In this document: piece after piece, positions 1 through 11,780 of the stretch
Position numbering within the stretch: position 1 is the stretch's first letter
How the letters are laid out: each line of letters opens with the position of its first letter
Assembly (NCBI RefSeq): GCF_000143415.4
Contig: NW_003314322.1
Location: 1,211,567 to 1,275,566 of the forward strand
Direction: 5' to 3'
Length of the DNA stretch: 64,000 nucleotides
Source of the DNA: Selaginella moellendorffii
Taxonomy: Eukaryota > Plantae > Lycopodiophyta
Position numbers and translations under genes: made by a program
The notes under the pieces: generated by a model
What the model saw: only the letters and a program-made list of their open reading frames with translations
Told to the model about the DNA's origin: nothing
The model's database searches: none

Positions 1-1580
1 TCTTTGCGTTCGATGAGGTGATATGCCAGGGTCACAAGGAAGCCGTCTCGGCTTCTCAAGTAAAGGAATATATGGAAATGGATAGTCAGGAGGAAAGGAT
101 GCATAGGATGATGATGCAGACTAAGATCAACGAGACTAAAGATTTGATGAAGAAGAAAGCGAACGAGATTGACAAAAGCAAGGTAAATCTTGGAATTCTC
201 TTGCATTCCGTTGCTGACGATGATTTCTTTTTTCAAGCTGGATAAAACAAGACCAGACAGAAGCGGAATCATATCTGTGCCTATCAGCTTCGACAATGGG
301 TATGATCTTCCCTCGACTGGAAGAAGCAATGGAACTTTTGTGGCGGATGAAAGCAAGTCTAAAGGTATGCTTCTCGTACGTGCAAGCATGTCTAATTTGT
401 AATGTCTGGAATTGCAGGCCGTCCTACAACAGCGGCAGCTGGTTCTAGCAAAAAGGGAATGCAGCTGGGCAAGGGACAGAAAACCAGCCGAATCATAGAG
501 TCTCTCAAGGCCGAAGGAGAGGACATCGTCGAAGATGTTCAAGCTGCTGCCGTGGTAGGCTTGACAGCAAGTGTACCCACGGATCCCATCGCCGTTCTAG
601 TCGAGGAGAAGATCACCGTCCAGTGTAAACGAGATGGTGGCTTGGAGTCGTTCGACATACAAGGCACATTGTCTCTTGTGGTCCAGAACAGAGACGACGC
701 CTTCATTCGTGTCCAGGTACCATTTCTGGCCTTTTTCTTAATCTTATTCAACTGCTTTTTCGTACAGGTTGAAAACGGAGCCAACGATGGAGTTCAATTC
801 AAACCTCATCCCAACATTGACAAAGATTTGTTTGCAAGAGAGAGCATTTTGGGCCTAAAAGATTCCCGTCGGCCATTTCCAACTGGAACTCCAACAGGGA
901 TTCTAAAGTGGCGCATGACAAGCAAAGACGAGTCTTTAATTCCTTTGAACAGTACGTTGGTTTCGCCAGCTTGTTTATGCCACTAACTAATGCTGTATGT
1001 TTCCAGTTAACTGCTGGCCTTCAATCTCCGGGGGCGAAACGTACGTGAGCATCGAGTATGAGGCGTCGCAGAGGTTCGAGCTTCAAAATGTGAAGATTAC
1101 GATACCTCTACCCGCTCTCCGTGATCCTCCGACAGTCAATCAAGTGGACGGAGAATGGAGGTAATTCTCTGATGTGTTTCTTCCCGTTTTAACTCTTTTG
1201 ACATGATCGTAGGTACGACTCAAGACGATCAGTTCTGGAGTGGTCGGTAGTCTTGATTGACAACAGCAATAGGAAGTAAGCTAGAGCTCGCTTTTACAGT
1301 TTGGCAGCAACACTCACTTGCATTGATTTCTTTCAGTGGAGCGATGGAATTCGTGGTCCCGGCAGCCGACGCGTCGGTGTTCTTCCCGATTGACGTCAAG
1401 TTCACTGCCACAAAAACATTCTGTGATCTCAAGGTACAAAGCCTTGTCACTCGATTTAACAGCGATTCCAATGGTGAACTTTGCCGCCAGGTTGTGAGCG
1501 TTCTTCAGGTGGATGGAGGCAACAGCGTGAGATTCGCCGGAAGCACGCAACTCCTAGCGGATAGCTATCAAGTGGTATAG
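1..1580 (+). CDS. delta-COP: Coatomer subunit delta, 3' part (5' end outside window), spliced
   Basis: Exons approx <1-182, 238-364, 418-716, 768-951, 1007-1160, 1213-1275, 1337-1433, 1491-1580 with GT-AG introns. Motifs [40 protein letters not shown] and FFPIDVKF fit the delta-COP mu-homology domain; stop TAG at 1578-1580. Confidence 0.95.
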
Positions 1581-1957
1581 CACCGGAAGACGATCGAGAA
1601 GACGAGGTGTCAGGAGATTTTGATTGGAAAGAAAACTTAGTTACTCTATTCATATCAAATAGCGTGCTAAACTTTGGACTAAAGGATGAGCAAAAACAAG
1701 CATTGCATAAAACTCTCTCTCCTCTGTGCAGCAGCTAAACTATGGTTCTCCCATGGTTAAATGAGAACCACCTTAAAATGATACGAATATGCCTTTTTCG
1801 ACTTTAAATCTAGTCATAAATAATGAAACGATACCCGGCATATTCTTCGAGGCTTGGCCACATTTAGGCATGCGTGCCGTCCATTTGAACGGTGTAGATG
1901 TTACTACAAAGAACGATCCTTGCCGTGGATTTTGAGGGCAAGGGTTTATTTTCCGAT

Positions 1958-1966
1958 TTAGGGTTT
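1958..1966 (-). promoter_or_regulatory. Telo-box (AAACCCTAA) upstream of RPS6
   Basis: TTAGGGTTT on the + strand about 50 nt before the RPS6 ATG. Telo-boxes are typical of plant ribosomal protein genes. Confidence 0.7.
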
Positions 1967-2014
1967 TTGCTCGTCGCGGCTGTGACCTAGAGGAGGAAGG
2001 AGAGGCGCAGCGCG

Positions 2015-3109
2015 ATGAAGCTCAACATCGCCAATCCCACCACGGGATGTCAGAAGAAGGTCGACATTGACGACGATCAGAAGCTGTAAGCTTGTCGCTT
2101 GGATCTCTGGATGGAATGGTGATTTTGTTCTCTTTTCGTGCAGGAAAATCTTCTATGAGAAGCGCATCTCGCAAGAGGTGCCCGGAGATGGGCTCGGAGA
2201 GGTGAATTCGTCGGCATTTGAGCTTTGCTGTTTGTTCTAAGATTTGCAGTGCAGGAATTCAAAGGCTATGTCTTCAAGATCATGGGAGGATGTGACAAGG
2301 ATGGCTTCCCTATGAAGCAGGGCGTCCTCAAGACGAAGCGTGTGCGCCTCCTGTTAAACCGAGGTAAAACGATGCTTCTTTTTTCTTTTCTCCCTCTTTC
2401 GTTCTGATTTGAGATTCGTGACCAGGCGACACTTGCTTTCGTGGGTATGGGCGACGCGATGGTGAGCGGAGGAGGAAGTCAGTTCGTGGTTGCATTGTCA
2501 GCCATGATCTGTCTGTTCTCAATCTCGTGATTGTCAAGCAAGGTACTCCCATCTTTTCTGGTCTTTTTATTTTTTCCTCTTTGTTCATTTGATTTGATTC
2601 GTGATGTATTGTTTCTTCTTTCACGTTTGCAGGTGAGAAGCACTTACCCGATCTCACTGACACCGAGAAGCCACGGATGAGGGGCCCTAAGAGAGCTAGC
2701 AAGATCCGCAAGCTCTTCAACCTCGACAAGGAGGACGATGTCCGCAAGTACGTGAACACGTACCGCCGGAATTTCACGGCCCCCTCCGGTAAGTTCCTCC
2801 TCGGACCTTAAACCGTGCATCCAAACTCACTAGTGTCGTGTCGTGTCGTGAACTCCTAAAAAACCAGGCAAGAAGCGCAGCAAGGCCCCCAAGATCCAGA
2901 GGCTGGTTACTCCGCGGACGCTGCAGAGAAAGCGCGACCGCATTGCCGAGAAGAAGAGGCGCGTCCAGAAGGCCAAAACCGAGGCCGCCGAGTACCAAAA
3001 GCTGCTATCTCTTCGCCTCAAGGAGCAGCGAGAGCACAGGAGCGAGAGCTTGGCCAAGAGGCGGGCGTCTCGTCTCTCGGTCGCTTCCAAGAACTCCACC
3101 GACGTGTAA
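2015..3109 (+). CDS. RPS6: 40S ribosomal protein S6 (eS6), 6 exons
   Basis: [79 protein letters not shown]-terminal [11 protein letters not shown]; five GT-AG introns; stop TAA at 3107-3109. Confidence 0.97.
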
Positions 3110-3205
3110 AACTCGATTGAGTTTTTTGTTCCTCTAAATTTTTGCTTAAAACGATCTTTCTCTACTTTACACTTCTTTTAGCTTAGCTAGTGATATCTAT
3201 ATTAT

Positions 3206-3435
3206 AGAAGTGGCCAATCCCCTAGAGTTTTGACACCGGGGTTGAGCAAGTTGTCCAGGAACTGGTACATATAGATTTTATCATCAAGTTGTCAAGGAAC
3301 TGGTGCATATAGATTTATCATCAAAAGGAACTGGTACATGTAGATTTTATCATCAAAAGTTTGTGGTGTTTTTTTCTTCCTCCAGGAGAAGGATTTGATT
3401 GAGTTGGAATGCTTTGCAGCCTCAAGTTTTTTGGA
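3206..3435 (+). pseudogene. Degenerate remnant of the 5' end of the oligopeptidase A gene
   Basis: Matches 18070-18205 (caagttgtcaaggaactggtac..., ccaggagaaggatttg...tgctttgcagcctcaagtttt), with the exon/intron junction segment triplicated. Confidence 0.8.
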
Positions 3436-3678
3436 GGTGGCAAGAATAAGGATGATTTGTTAAGGGATGCTATATAATGATAAGATGGATTTTAAGCAAA
3501 AGTCCAGATTATGCTATAACACTTTTCCAAAACCTCAATGGGCAAATCCTTAAAGAAATAAAGTATTAATTTAAATTTAGCATAATGAATCACTATTGAG
3601 AATCTAGTCAAAACTATTATAATGTTATTTCTTACAAGAAAACTAACATAATTATCACTCAAGAGCCAGGAGGAAGTT

Positions 3679-3860
3679 CTTGGGGTTGATTATCATTTTA
3701 TCAAGCAATTTCATAAACACATTACTTATAACCACATAGATATGATATAAAAATCACAATGATTTAATCATCAATCGAGCAACACCACAAATAACACCCA
3801 TGTTGCTAAATCACTCAAGTTTGCATGCATGTTAAAGAATGTGTTTCCAATTGTCAACTG
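3679..3860 (-). mobile_element. Old remnant of the family-B LTR element internal region
   Basis: Visibly homologous to 62841-63010 (ttggggttgat..., acatagatatgatata...atcacaatgattt...atcaat..gag.aacac). Confidence 0.55.
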
Positions 3861-4089
3861 AATTCATAACAAAGATAACAACAGACCTTGTGTAATGGGT
3901 CTCATTGCGGGAATTGTTGAGCTTCACAAAATATCGAACTGGACCAACCTGCAATAATTTATTAGCATAATAGTATTAATTAACACATACCTCTGGTTTA
4001 CCAATAAGCGAAGAGCATTAATGGTTATGACGTTCTAGTGGAAACAAGCCCACCTGGACATTCTGCATGAGAGACTCTAGAGTGGTCTC

Positions 4090-5579
4090 TTGATTCAGCA
4101 TCCAAGGTATTTACTGATTTACTGCTGTGTCATTGTCCAAAAATGGAAGATGGATCTTCTTTTGTCCGCAAAAGTGGAAATAAATAGTCTCAAGGTGTGG
4201 GTACAAAGAGTTTTGATGGAGGCCAAGGGTGATGATGCAAGTACCCCTGACTTGTACAAAGCTTTGTCTTCAGGCTTCAAGTTACAACTCAAGAGGCTGC
4301 AAGACAGGCTAGATATTCATCAGCTCTATCTTGAAGTTTGGGGAACACAGACATACATCTATGGGATTCATGACATTTTCAGGTACATCACAGTGAAGAA
4401 AAGAATGGTGTTGTGACAAAGGAATCCTATGACAGATATCAAGCAGCACTGAACAAGTGCAAGGGCTTAAAGAACTTTCCAATGGACTCATTTTCCCAGT
4501 GAGTGAGTGAGAATTTGTGAGATAGTTCTTACCGGTGTATCTTGTGCAGTATGCTGAAGGACTTCCAAGATATGTATGACAGGAAGGCACAGCAATTCTT
4601 GAGCAAGTACCATTGTGATTTGCCATCTTTATATGACATAGAAAACTTCCCGGTGGGCATTGTTTACTTCTCCAACAAGCCTTGTTTGATGCCAACTGGC
4701 TGCCTCGGAACAAATGTGCCCTTCCAACAAAACTACACTTTTGTGCAAGCATATATTCGGATTCTTGGGTCAAATGCAACTATCTAGGGAGGCAATTGCA
4801 ATGAGAGGCTTCTTAAAAATATCAAGATGTTTGAGGAAAGAGTTGAATAGGAAGGTATTGACATTTTGGTCTGTGAGCTTATCAAGTTACTAGGTTGGAG
4901 CCCTTGGTCTACTATTATGGTTACTGACACTAGTTTTTGTAGTGCAAACAATGTATAAGATAGTTGACTATTGCACGGAAAAATATAAGCTCCTGAGTTT
5001 AGACTTCCCGGGAGGTCACCCAACCCAGTACTATTCACACTCAAGGACGTTTAACCCCAAATATCCCAAGACCTTTAACCAATTGGAAAAGGGGGTGCAC
5101 TCTTGTTCATAGGCCCTTTCCCTCTATATTTGAACCCCAATGGATCGTCTCTCGAGTCGTTCCCTTTGGTTGCTTACAATCCAAAATTTAGAAGTGGCAA
5201 GTTTGTTGGTTGAACCATTTTGTCTAAATTAAAAAGTAGGTGAAAGAAGCCAAGATGACATGGCAAACTCATTAGCCATTATGACAGGTAATAAGTTGTT
5301 TAGATTTGTGTAATTCTTGCTAAAGCATATTTTACAGTGGATGATGTGAGAAATCTACCAAAGGAGAAAGTAATGTAATGGATGACCTTGGAGGTTGCCA
5401 ATTTTCTTATGCTTCTATGTGGAAACCACTACAATTATGATGCCTTGATGAAATCACCAATAGATGGATCATTGCTAATGCTAATGACTGAAAGTAACCT
5501 CAATTGGTGGCTTTTGACTCTGGAAATAGGTCTTTTGAAAAGGCTGCAGGTCAGGAAATGGTTCAAGGAGCTTAAATAG
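4090..5579 (+). pseudogene. Degenerate spliced gene with C-terminal SAM (sterile alpha motif) domain
   Basis: Broken ORFs at 4090-4920. After an intron (5288-5337) the last exon reads KVM*WMTLEVANFL...HYNYDALMKSPIDGSLLMLMTESNL...LEIGLLKRLQVRKWFKELK, a SAM-like W..V..FL / IDG..L / G..KR pattern. In-frame stops; linkage of the upstream ORFs to the SAM exon is inferred. Confidence 0.55.
4984..5178 (-). mobile_element. Cassandra-type TRIM LTR carrying 5S rRNA-derived sequence
   Basis: Minus strand of 5002-5056 reads GGTTAAACGTCCTTGAGTGTGAATAGTACTGGGTTGGGTGACCTCCCGGGAAGTC, about 80% matching the plant 5S internal control region by eye. Termini TGTAAG...CTTATA; no TSD seen. Confidence 0.8.
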
Positions 5580-5650
5580 TCTAGTTTTATCACCAAAAAT
5601 TAGTATAGTAAAACTAAATCTATGAACTCTATATTACTATAGTGAGAAAT

Positions 5651-6661
5651 TGTAGCGCATGTGATCATGGGATGAGATTTAGATATACTGTCACCATGGA
5701 TCCTTGGAACCTTGGGGGATAAAATAGTCACTAAGAGCTCTCTTATCAAGCAATTGCCCCTTTTCCAGTTGGCTTAAGGGGAGAGAGATAAGGTGCGCTA
5801 TAGTTGGTATCGGAGCAAATGGCACGGGTTCGATTCCCATTGATTAGTGGCTACTTAAAAGTATAATATACCCTTGAGCAAGGTATATTCCTACCCCTAA
5901 ATTTGAAATCGTACGTATTGGGCATCCATGCGTACGTCCTTCCTCTTGTGTGGAGTATCTACGGATGAAGGTATCCACCGTGGGACTGCGGTACGGGTGG
6001 ATGACTAGTTGTCTCACATGGAATAGCTGATCTACACAATGGAAGGATTGGCCTCTTGTGTGGAGTATCTACGAATGAAGGTATCCACCGTGGGACTGCG
6101 GTACGGGTGGATGACTAGTTGTCTCACATGGAATAGCTGATCTACACAATGGAAGGATTGGTAGATTGAGTGTGGAAATGGAGGTGTTGGTTCCCCTTGT
6201 GGAAATGGAGGTGCTAGTTCCCCTTGGCTCAATAGGGGTTGTTAGTCAATAGTCAAGGATTGGTAGATTGAGTGTGGAAATGGAGGTGCTGGTTCCCCTT
6301 GGCTCAATAGGGGTTGTTAGTCAATAGTCAATGAGGACATTGACAGGGGTTGTTAGTCAATAGTCAAGGATTGGTAGATTGAGTGTGGAAATGGAGGTGC
6401 TGGTTCCCCTTGGCTCAATAGGGGTTGTTAGTCAATAGTCAATGAGGACATTGACATCTTTGAAGGGGGGGTGAGTGTAGCGCATGTGATCATGGGATGA
6501 GATTTAGATATACTGTCACCGTGGATCCTTGGAACCTTGGGGGATAAAATAGCCTTTAGTGCTTGGAACCTTGGGGGATAAAATAGCCACTAAGGGCTCT
6601 CTCATCAAGCAATTGCCCCTTTTCCAGTTGGCTTAAGGGGAGAGAGATAAGGTGCACTACA
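5651..6661 (+). mobile_element. TRIM (miniature non-autonomous LTR retrotransposon)
   Basis: LTRs 5651-5802 and 6476-6661 (TGTAG...CTAYA); PBS TGGTATCGGAGC (tRNA-iMet type) at 5805-5816; PPT GAAGGGGGGGTGAG before 6476; near-TSD GAAAT/GGAAT. Internal 110-bp tandem duplication from 5942 plus further direct repeats; no ORF. Confidence 0.9.
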
Positions 6662-6895
6662 GGAATCCAAGTGGGCTAGGCCATTTCTGGTCCTTTTGTC
6701 CAAGGCATAGGATCATCTGTTGGTAACCCAGTACCAATCATGACCAAAATAATCATTCCAGCATTTCCTATAGTTTGGGTGTTTATGGGGTATTTGTATT
6801 GTGGAAAACAAGGATTAGTAATGCAATCTCAACTAGCTCTATCACTCATTTTTTCGTAAAAGTACAAAGCTAGGATTATGGAATGAAATGAGACT

Positions 6896-6995
6896 TGCAT
6901 GACTGATGCTCGCTAGCCAATGTACTCAAGTATATGTCCGGGCTGCATGACTAATGCTCGCTAGCCAATGTACTCAAGTATATGTCCGGGCTGCA
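6896..6995. repeat. 48-bp tandem duplication
   Basis: tgcatgactratgctcgctagccaatgtactcaagtatatgtccgggc occurs twice, at 6896 and 6944. Confidence 0.9.
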
Positions 6996-7065
6996 CATCA
7001 AAAGTGACTTTCAAAGACTGAATCTAGAGAGCATGTTTAACCTAATTGATTTTCATTGCTTTTGG

Positions 7066-7266
7066 TGTAAGCTCCTGAATTTGGACTTCCTGAAAGGTCA
7101 CTTAGCCCAGTATTATTCAAACCCAAGAACACTTAACCCCAAATATCCCAAGACCCTTAACCGATTAAAAAAGAAAGTGCACTCTTACTCATAAGCACTT
7201 TCCCTCTATATTTGAACCCCATGGGTCGTTCTCTTTGGTTGCTTACAATTCACCACGCTTCCCCGC
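7066..7266 (-). mobile_element. Second Cassandra-type LTR (3' LTR) with adjacent PPT
   Basis: TGTAAG...CTTACA at 7066-7247, homologous to 4984-5178 including the 5S-like box. PPT-like CGGGGAAGCGTGGTGAAT lies immediately upstream on the minus strand. Confidence 0.8.
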
Positions 7267-9485
7267 AAATTCACGCCCTTATGAATGGAAGTTGAGAGCC
7301 GCAGCTCTCCTGAGAGCCCTGCTCTCTTAACACCCTACCCCTCGAATCAAGCTTAGCAGGAGGAAATTGAACCTAGACCTATAGTGTGCCAACCTGGGGC
7401 ATTTATTTCACATGCTTCTAACCCTTGATCTTGTCAATACCAGACATTAGACATAATACAAGATTTAACCCAAGAGTTAGATGTTTTCTTTCAATCCTTA
7501 ATCTTTGTAGAAAGGAGAAGAACAAGGACAAATCAATTGTTCTTTCTCACATTCTATCATAGTGGGCACACTTGATATTGCCATTCAAATCTTACCAAAG
7601 ATCTCCTCTCTCTCAAAAAGGCAATTCCAAGCCAAAACTCAAATCCTACTTCATGAAATTTGGCACTCTTGCCAACTTCACTCTCACTGCTGATCTCACC
7701 TATAAATAAGAATAGAGAAAAAGAATGAAACTAGGCTGGGACGAGGCTCTGGAAATGGAGGTTCTTGACCTTGCTAGCAGAGAGCTGAGTTTTAAACCTT
7801 TAGAGAATAGCAAGCTTGGATGATAAAAGCAAAGTATTTTGAGCATGTTGCACTCAGCTCCTCAAGACATTGTGTGCATCATAGTTTCCAAAAAGTTCAA
7901 GTGATGATAAGTAGTGATTCTAACAAGGATTTTCAGATAGAGATAGATTGGATAGGATATTTAGATTCATAACTTACCAAGATGCTCTCTATGATGCCCT
8001 CTAGAGCTCTAGTCACTTGATTCATGTAGGAAGGGCTTGATAGAAACTTGAATTGAAATTCTAGTTGATCATGGTGCCTAGCTCCTTGCACAGCTCACTC
8101 TTCCACGCCAAAACAACAAGTCTATGGAATGGAAAATAATTTGTAAAATCACTCTATAATCATCAGAAGCCTTGCCTCAGAGTTGCAGGTGCCCTTAAGC
8201 TTGTTCGGCTGTGGCAATGGTGTCATGGGCATGGCATGGCTGGATGTGGAGCTGCAAGATTTGGAGGGTGTTACCAATTTGCCACCTGAAAAACTTAGCT
8301 TAGGTGGGATTGAGTTCTTCTTAGCAAAATTGGAGAAGAGGATGAATCAGATGGAGCAAATTATCAGCTCAAGATGATGGAGATGCGATAATGATACCAT
8401 TGGTATGGTTTGCTTTTCCAGGCATCAGTTGAGATCTCACTAGAGGGTTCTGGAAATCTTCAAATATAAGAAGATTTTATAATACACTTCTTATTAGGAA
8501 CTGCTCAGATTAAACACTCCAAACAGGCTTCTTGTGTCTTTGGAGCTACTATACTAGACTTATTTAAAGATTTCCTGGGATGAACGGTGCTAGGATCCCT
8601 CCCTCATAGAGCATCAGTGAGGCTAATCCGGGCATCTAAGTTAGATTATGGCATTGGCTGAAAAAGAATAAAGCAATTACTTGTAAACCTATGATATATA
8701 AGAGTTTCTTCTCTTCTTGATATTTTAATAGCTTAAACCAGGAGCTAGGAAGAAATACAAAGAAGGATATAATTGGTTGTAAATGTAGAAAGAGGGGTGT
8801 TAATCTCAAAACATAGATGAAAGATAATACATGTGGTATTAGAGCTATATTTTTTAGAAGAGTGGACATCAATCTTATTAAATATTTCCTATTTTATATA
8901 ACCCTCAAGGTTTGAATCAATCTCTTCTTTGCAATTACCATTAATATATCAAATATACTAAGGATTATGGTATCATGGAATGAAAGTCATTACTAGATGT
9001 TTGTAATAGCTAAAAGGTTGATTGTTTGTTGGAGTTTTAGGAAAGTTGTGGTCTTATGAGGTAAAAATTAACTTTTTTGCAATGAAGCTTACAGGCCATA
9101 GTTCTTAGAACTACAAAGATTTTTGAAAACTTTACCTAGCAAAAAGAGTATGGGAGAAGTATTTGTTTTTGCTCTAATTTTCTTACAATACCATTTAACA
9201 TTTGGTTATTAATTTTTTTTCATAAGCTAAAGTCTCCTATAGATTTGAGTTTGGCTTTGGTTCAAATGCCTTATGCTTGCAATTTCTTGGAAGATATATA
9301 AAACAAAATTGATTTAGCAAAGTTAAATATGACAAGTTAGGAGATTGGCTAATGAGCATTATCATTATTAAAAGTATAGATCCATTGAGAAAACTTTGTC
9401 ACCAACTTTGTACTTTTAATAATAACAATGCTCATCATTAGAAATGGATTTGTCTCATGAAATAGATAAGAGATTGGAGAGATAT

Positions 9486-9580
9486 TGAATTTGGACTTTG
9501 TGAAAGGTCATTTAATTTAGTACTATTCAAACTCAATGACATTTTAACCCTAAGTATTTTAAAACCCTTAACTAATTGAA
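9486..9580 (-). mobile_element. Heavily decayed third Cassandra-type LTR fragment
   Basis: gaatttggactttgtgaaaggtcatttaatttagtactattcaaactcaa... resembles 7077-7165; the rest of the LTR is recognisable at about 9825-9890. Confidence 0.55.
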
Positions 9581-10043
9581 TAATTTACTACACATTAAAC
9601 GCTTCATTTGCTTAAAAATAGTGTTATTGTTATTTGATTTATTTAACATCAACCATTAGAAGGTAGAATAAACTATAATATACTAAGAAGTGTTTAAGAA
9701 ATTTTATAAATTATAAATACAAAATCAATTTAAATGCATAACAACCATTAGATGGTAGAATATTCTACAAATCAAAGCATATTTTAGATATATTCCACTC
9801 TGTTTACAGGTTTTTCTTAAGCAAACCAAAAAACAATGCACTCTTATTTATAGGCACTTTCCCTCTATATTAAACTTCATTAAAGTCACTTTTTTTACTT
9901 GTTGATAGGTCACTTCCAAAAACTCCACTGATATGTACAACTTGAAACTCAAAACAAAGAGGTCTACTTTACACTCTTTTAGCACTGATTATATTGATTA
10001 ATATTTAGGTTATAGAAGTGGAGACTGAAGCCATATTGAGGTG

Positions 10044-10700
10044 ATGGTGAATCCGCTTGTCTCCGTTGGCTGCCTCCCAGAGTTTAACAGGGTTGAAGCT
10101 CACCATGTTGTTCCAGGGGTCAAGCAAGTTGTCAAGGAACTGGTACGTGTAGATTTTATGATAAAAAATTGTCATTGTCCTCCAGGAAGAGGATTTGCTT
10201 GAGCTGGAGTGCTTTGCCGCCTCAAGTTTTGGAGAGAATGGTGGCGATCTGTGGGAGGCGCTCGTCCATCCCTTCGAACGCATTCTTGATCGCTTGACTG
10301 TGGTATGGGGGATTGTTTCACATCTCAAGGATGTCAAGGATTCCGACGCTCTTCGAGCTGCTGTGGACGAAGCACAAGTAACTTTGTGCAGCCCTTGAGA
10401 ACGAACTTTTTGTTGAGATTAGGACAGAGCAAGGCTTTGTATCAGGCGTTTGAGAAGATCCGCAATGGTGCCTTGTTCGATACACTGAACGAAGCTCAGC
10501 AACGAGTTGTAGAAGGTATGTGAGCGCTTCATTTGATCTCTTGTGGAGTTCTCTCTCTTTTGTTTTCTTCAGGACGTTTGACAGATGCCATACTAAATGG
10601 AGTGGCATTAGAACATGAGAAGAAAGTACATTTTAATGAGATCCAACAGGTATATATATGTGTTTGTTCTTGGCTAACATTTCAAAGTTTTGCAGGAGCT
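10044..10700 (+). pseudogene. Truncated duplicate of oligopeptidase A (first four exons)
   Basis: Near-identical to 18001-18703, with upstream DNA (about 9600-10040) also duplicated. Intron 2 is reduced to about 14 nt and homology ends abruptly at about 10700. Confidence 0.9.
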
Positions 10701-10774
10701 ATCATAGGTATTGTACATTCATCACATCCAAGATTCAATGAAATTTAACATCACGAATTAAACATACCTAGATA

Positions 10775-11737
10775 ATATTGAGGCGCCCAAAGCTGGCGCT
10801 GGCGGCATCACTCTTCATCACACAATGCAATACTGGTACGTGAAGTTAACACGAAGAATCATAGTCCCGAGTGATCAATCGAAACTCTGATCGCAGGTGT
10901 CTGGACCGAGCAGCCACAATCGTCAACGGAGAGCACCACGGCTCCGAAAAGATCAATCCGTGGAGGCTACGCCCGGTGAGCCATGTAGAGGAGCTCAAAT
11001 TGCTGCTGCGAATGACGCCCGTGTGGGCGACGGGCATCCCGATCTTCGTGGCGTGGTCGCAGCAGAGCACGTTTTGGATCGGGCAGGGCTACGTTATGGA
11101 TCTCCGCATGGGATCCTCCCCGCACGCTTTCAAGATGCAGCCCGTGACGCTCCCGGTCTTCTCCCTCCTCACCATGATGATCTTCCTCCCCTTCTACGAC
11201 AAGCTCGTCGTCCCGCTGGCCGCCAAGGTCACCAGGAACCCGCGCGGCATCACCTTCCTCCAGAGGATTGGCGTGGGGATCACCTTCGCCGCCTCGGCGA
11301 TGCTGGTGGCGGGCGCGGTGGAGGTGAAGCGGCGGCGCCTCGGATTCGCCCACCCCCTCTCGTGCTTCTGGCTGGGCCCCCAGTTCTGCCTGCTGGGCCT
11401 CTCCGAGGCCTTCGTCACCATCGGCTACCTCGAGTTCTTCTACGATCAATCGCCGCCCAGCATGAGGAGCATGGCGGCGGCGGTGGTGTGGGCGATCATC
11501 GGCACTGGCAACTACGTCAGCACCGCCATCGTGGCGCTCATCAAGCGGTCAACGAGGACCCCGACCAGCGACCAGGGCTGGCTCTCGATGACCGGGAACC
11601 TCGAGTACTTCTACTGGGTGCTGGCGGGCTGCCTGGCCGTCGATTTCGTGGCTCACCTTCTTGTCTCTACGTTCTACACGTACACAAAGCCGGACTACGC
11701 CGACGACGGCGATCAAGTTCCCATTGCGATGATTTAG
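10775..11737 (+). pseudogene. 5'-truncated NPF (NRT1/PTR) transporter: tail of penultimate exon plus intact last exon
   Basis: LHHTMQYW / intron 10836-10896 / CLDRAA...VEELKLLLR...QQSTFWIGQG...LQRIGVG...LEFFYDQSPPSMRS...LEYFYWVLA. No N-terminal exons upstream, where the oligopeptidase duplicate sits. Confidence 0.85.
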
Positions 11738-11780
11738 AATATATCATATTACATTGGTCTTTAATAGATGACTATACATT

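Noticed and set aside
5002-5056. 5S rRNA gene
   Set aside because: Only the internal part of 5S is present, inside LTR termini; it is Cassandra-derived.
5651-6661. Retrozyme (hammerhead-containing TRIM)
   Set aside because: No CTGANGA...GAAA hammerhead core found by eye in the LTRs on either strand.
10044-11737. Oligopeptidase-NPF fusion protein
   Set aside because: A collapsed intron in the oligopeptidase copy and a stop at about 10748 make a continuous frame unlikely.
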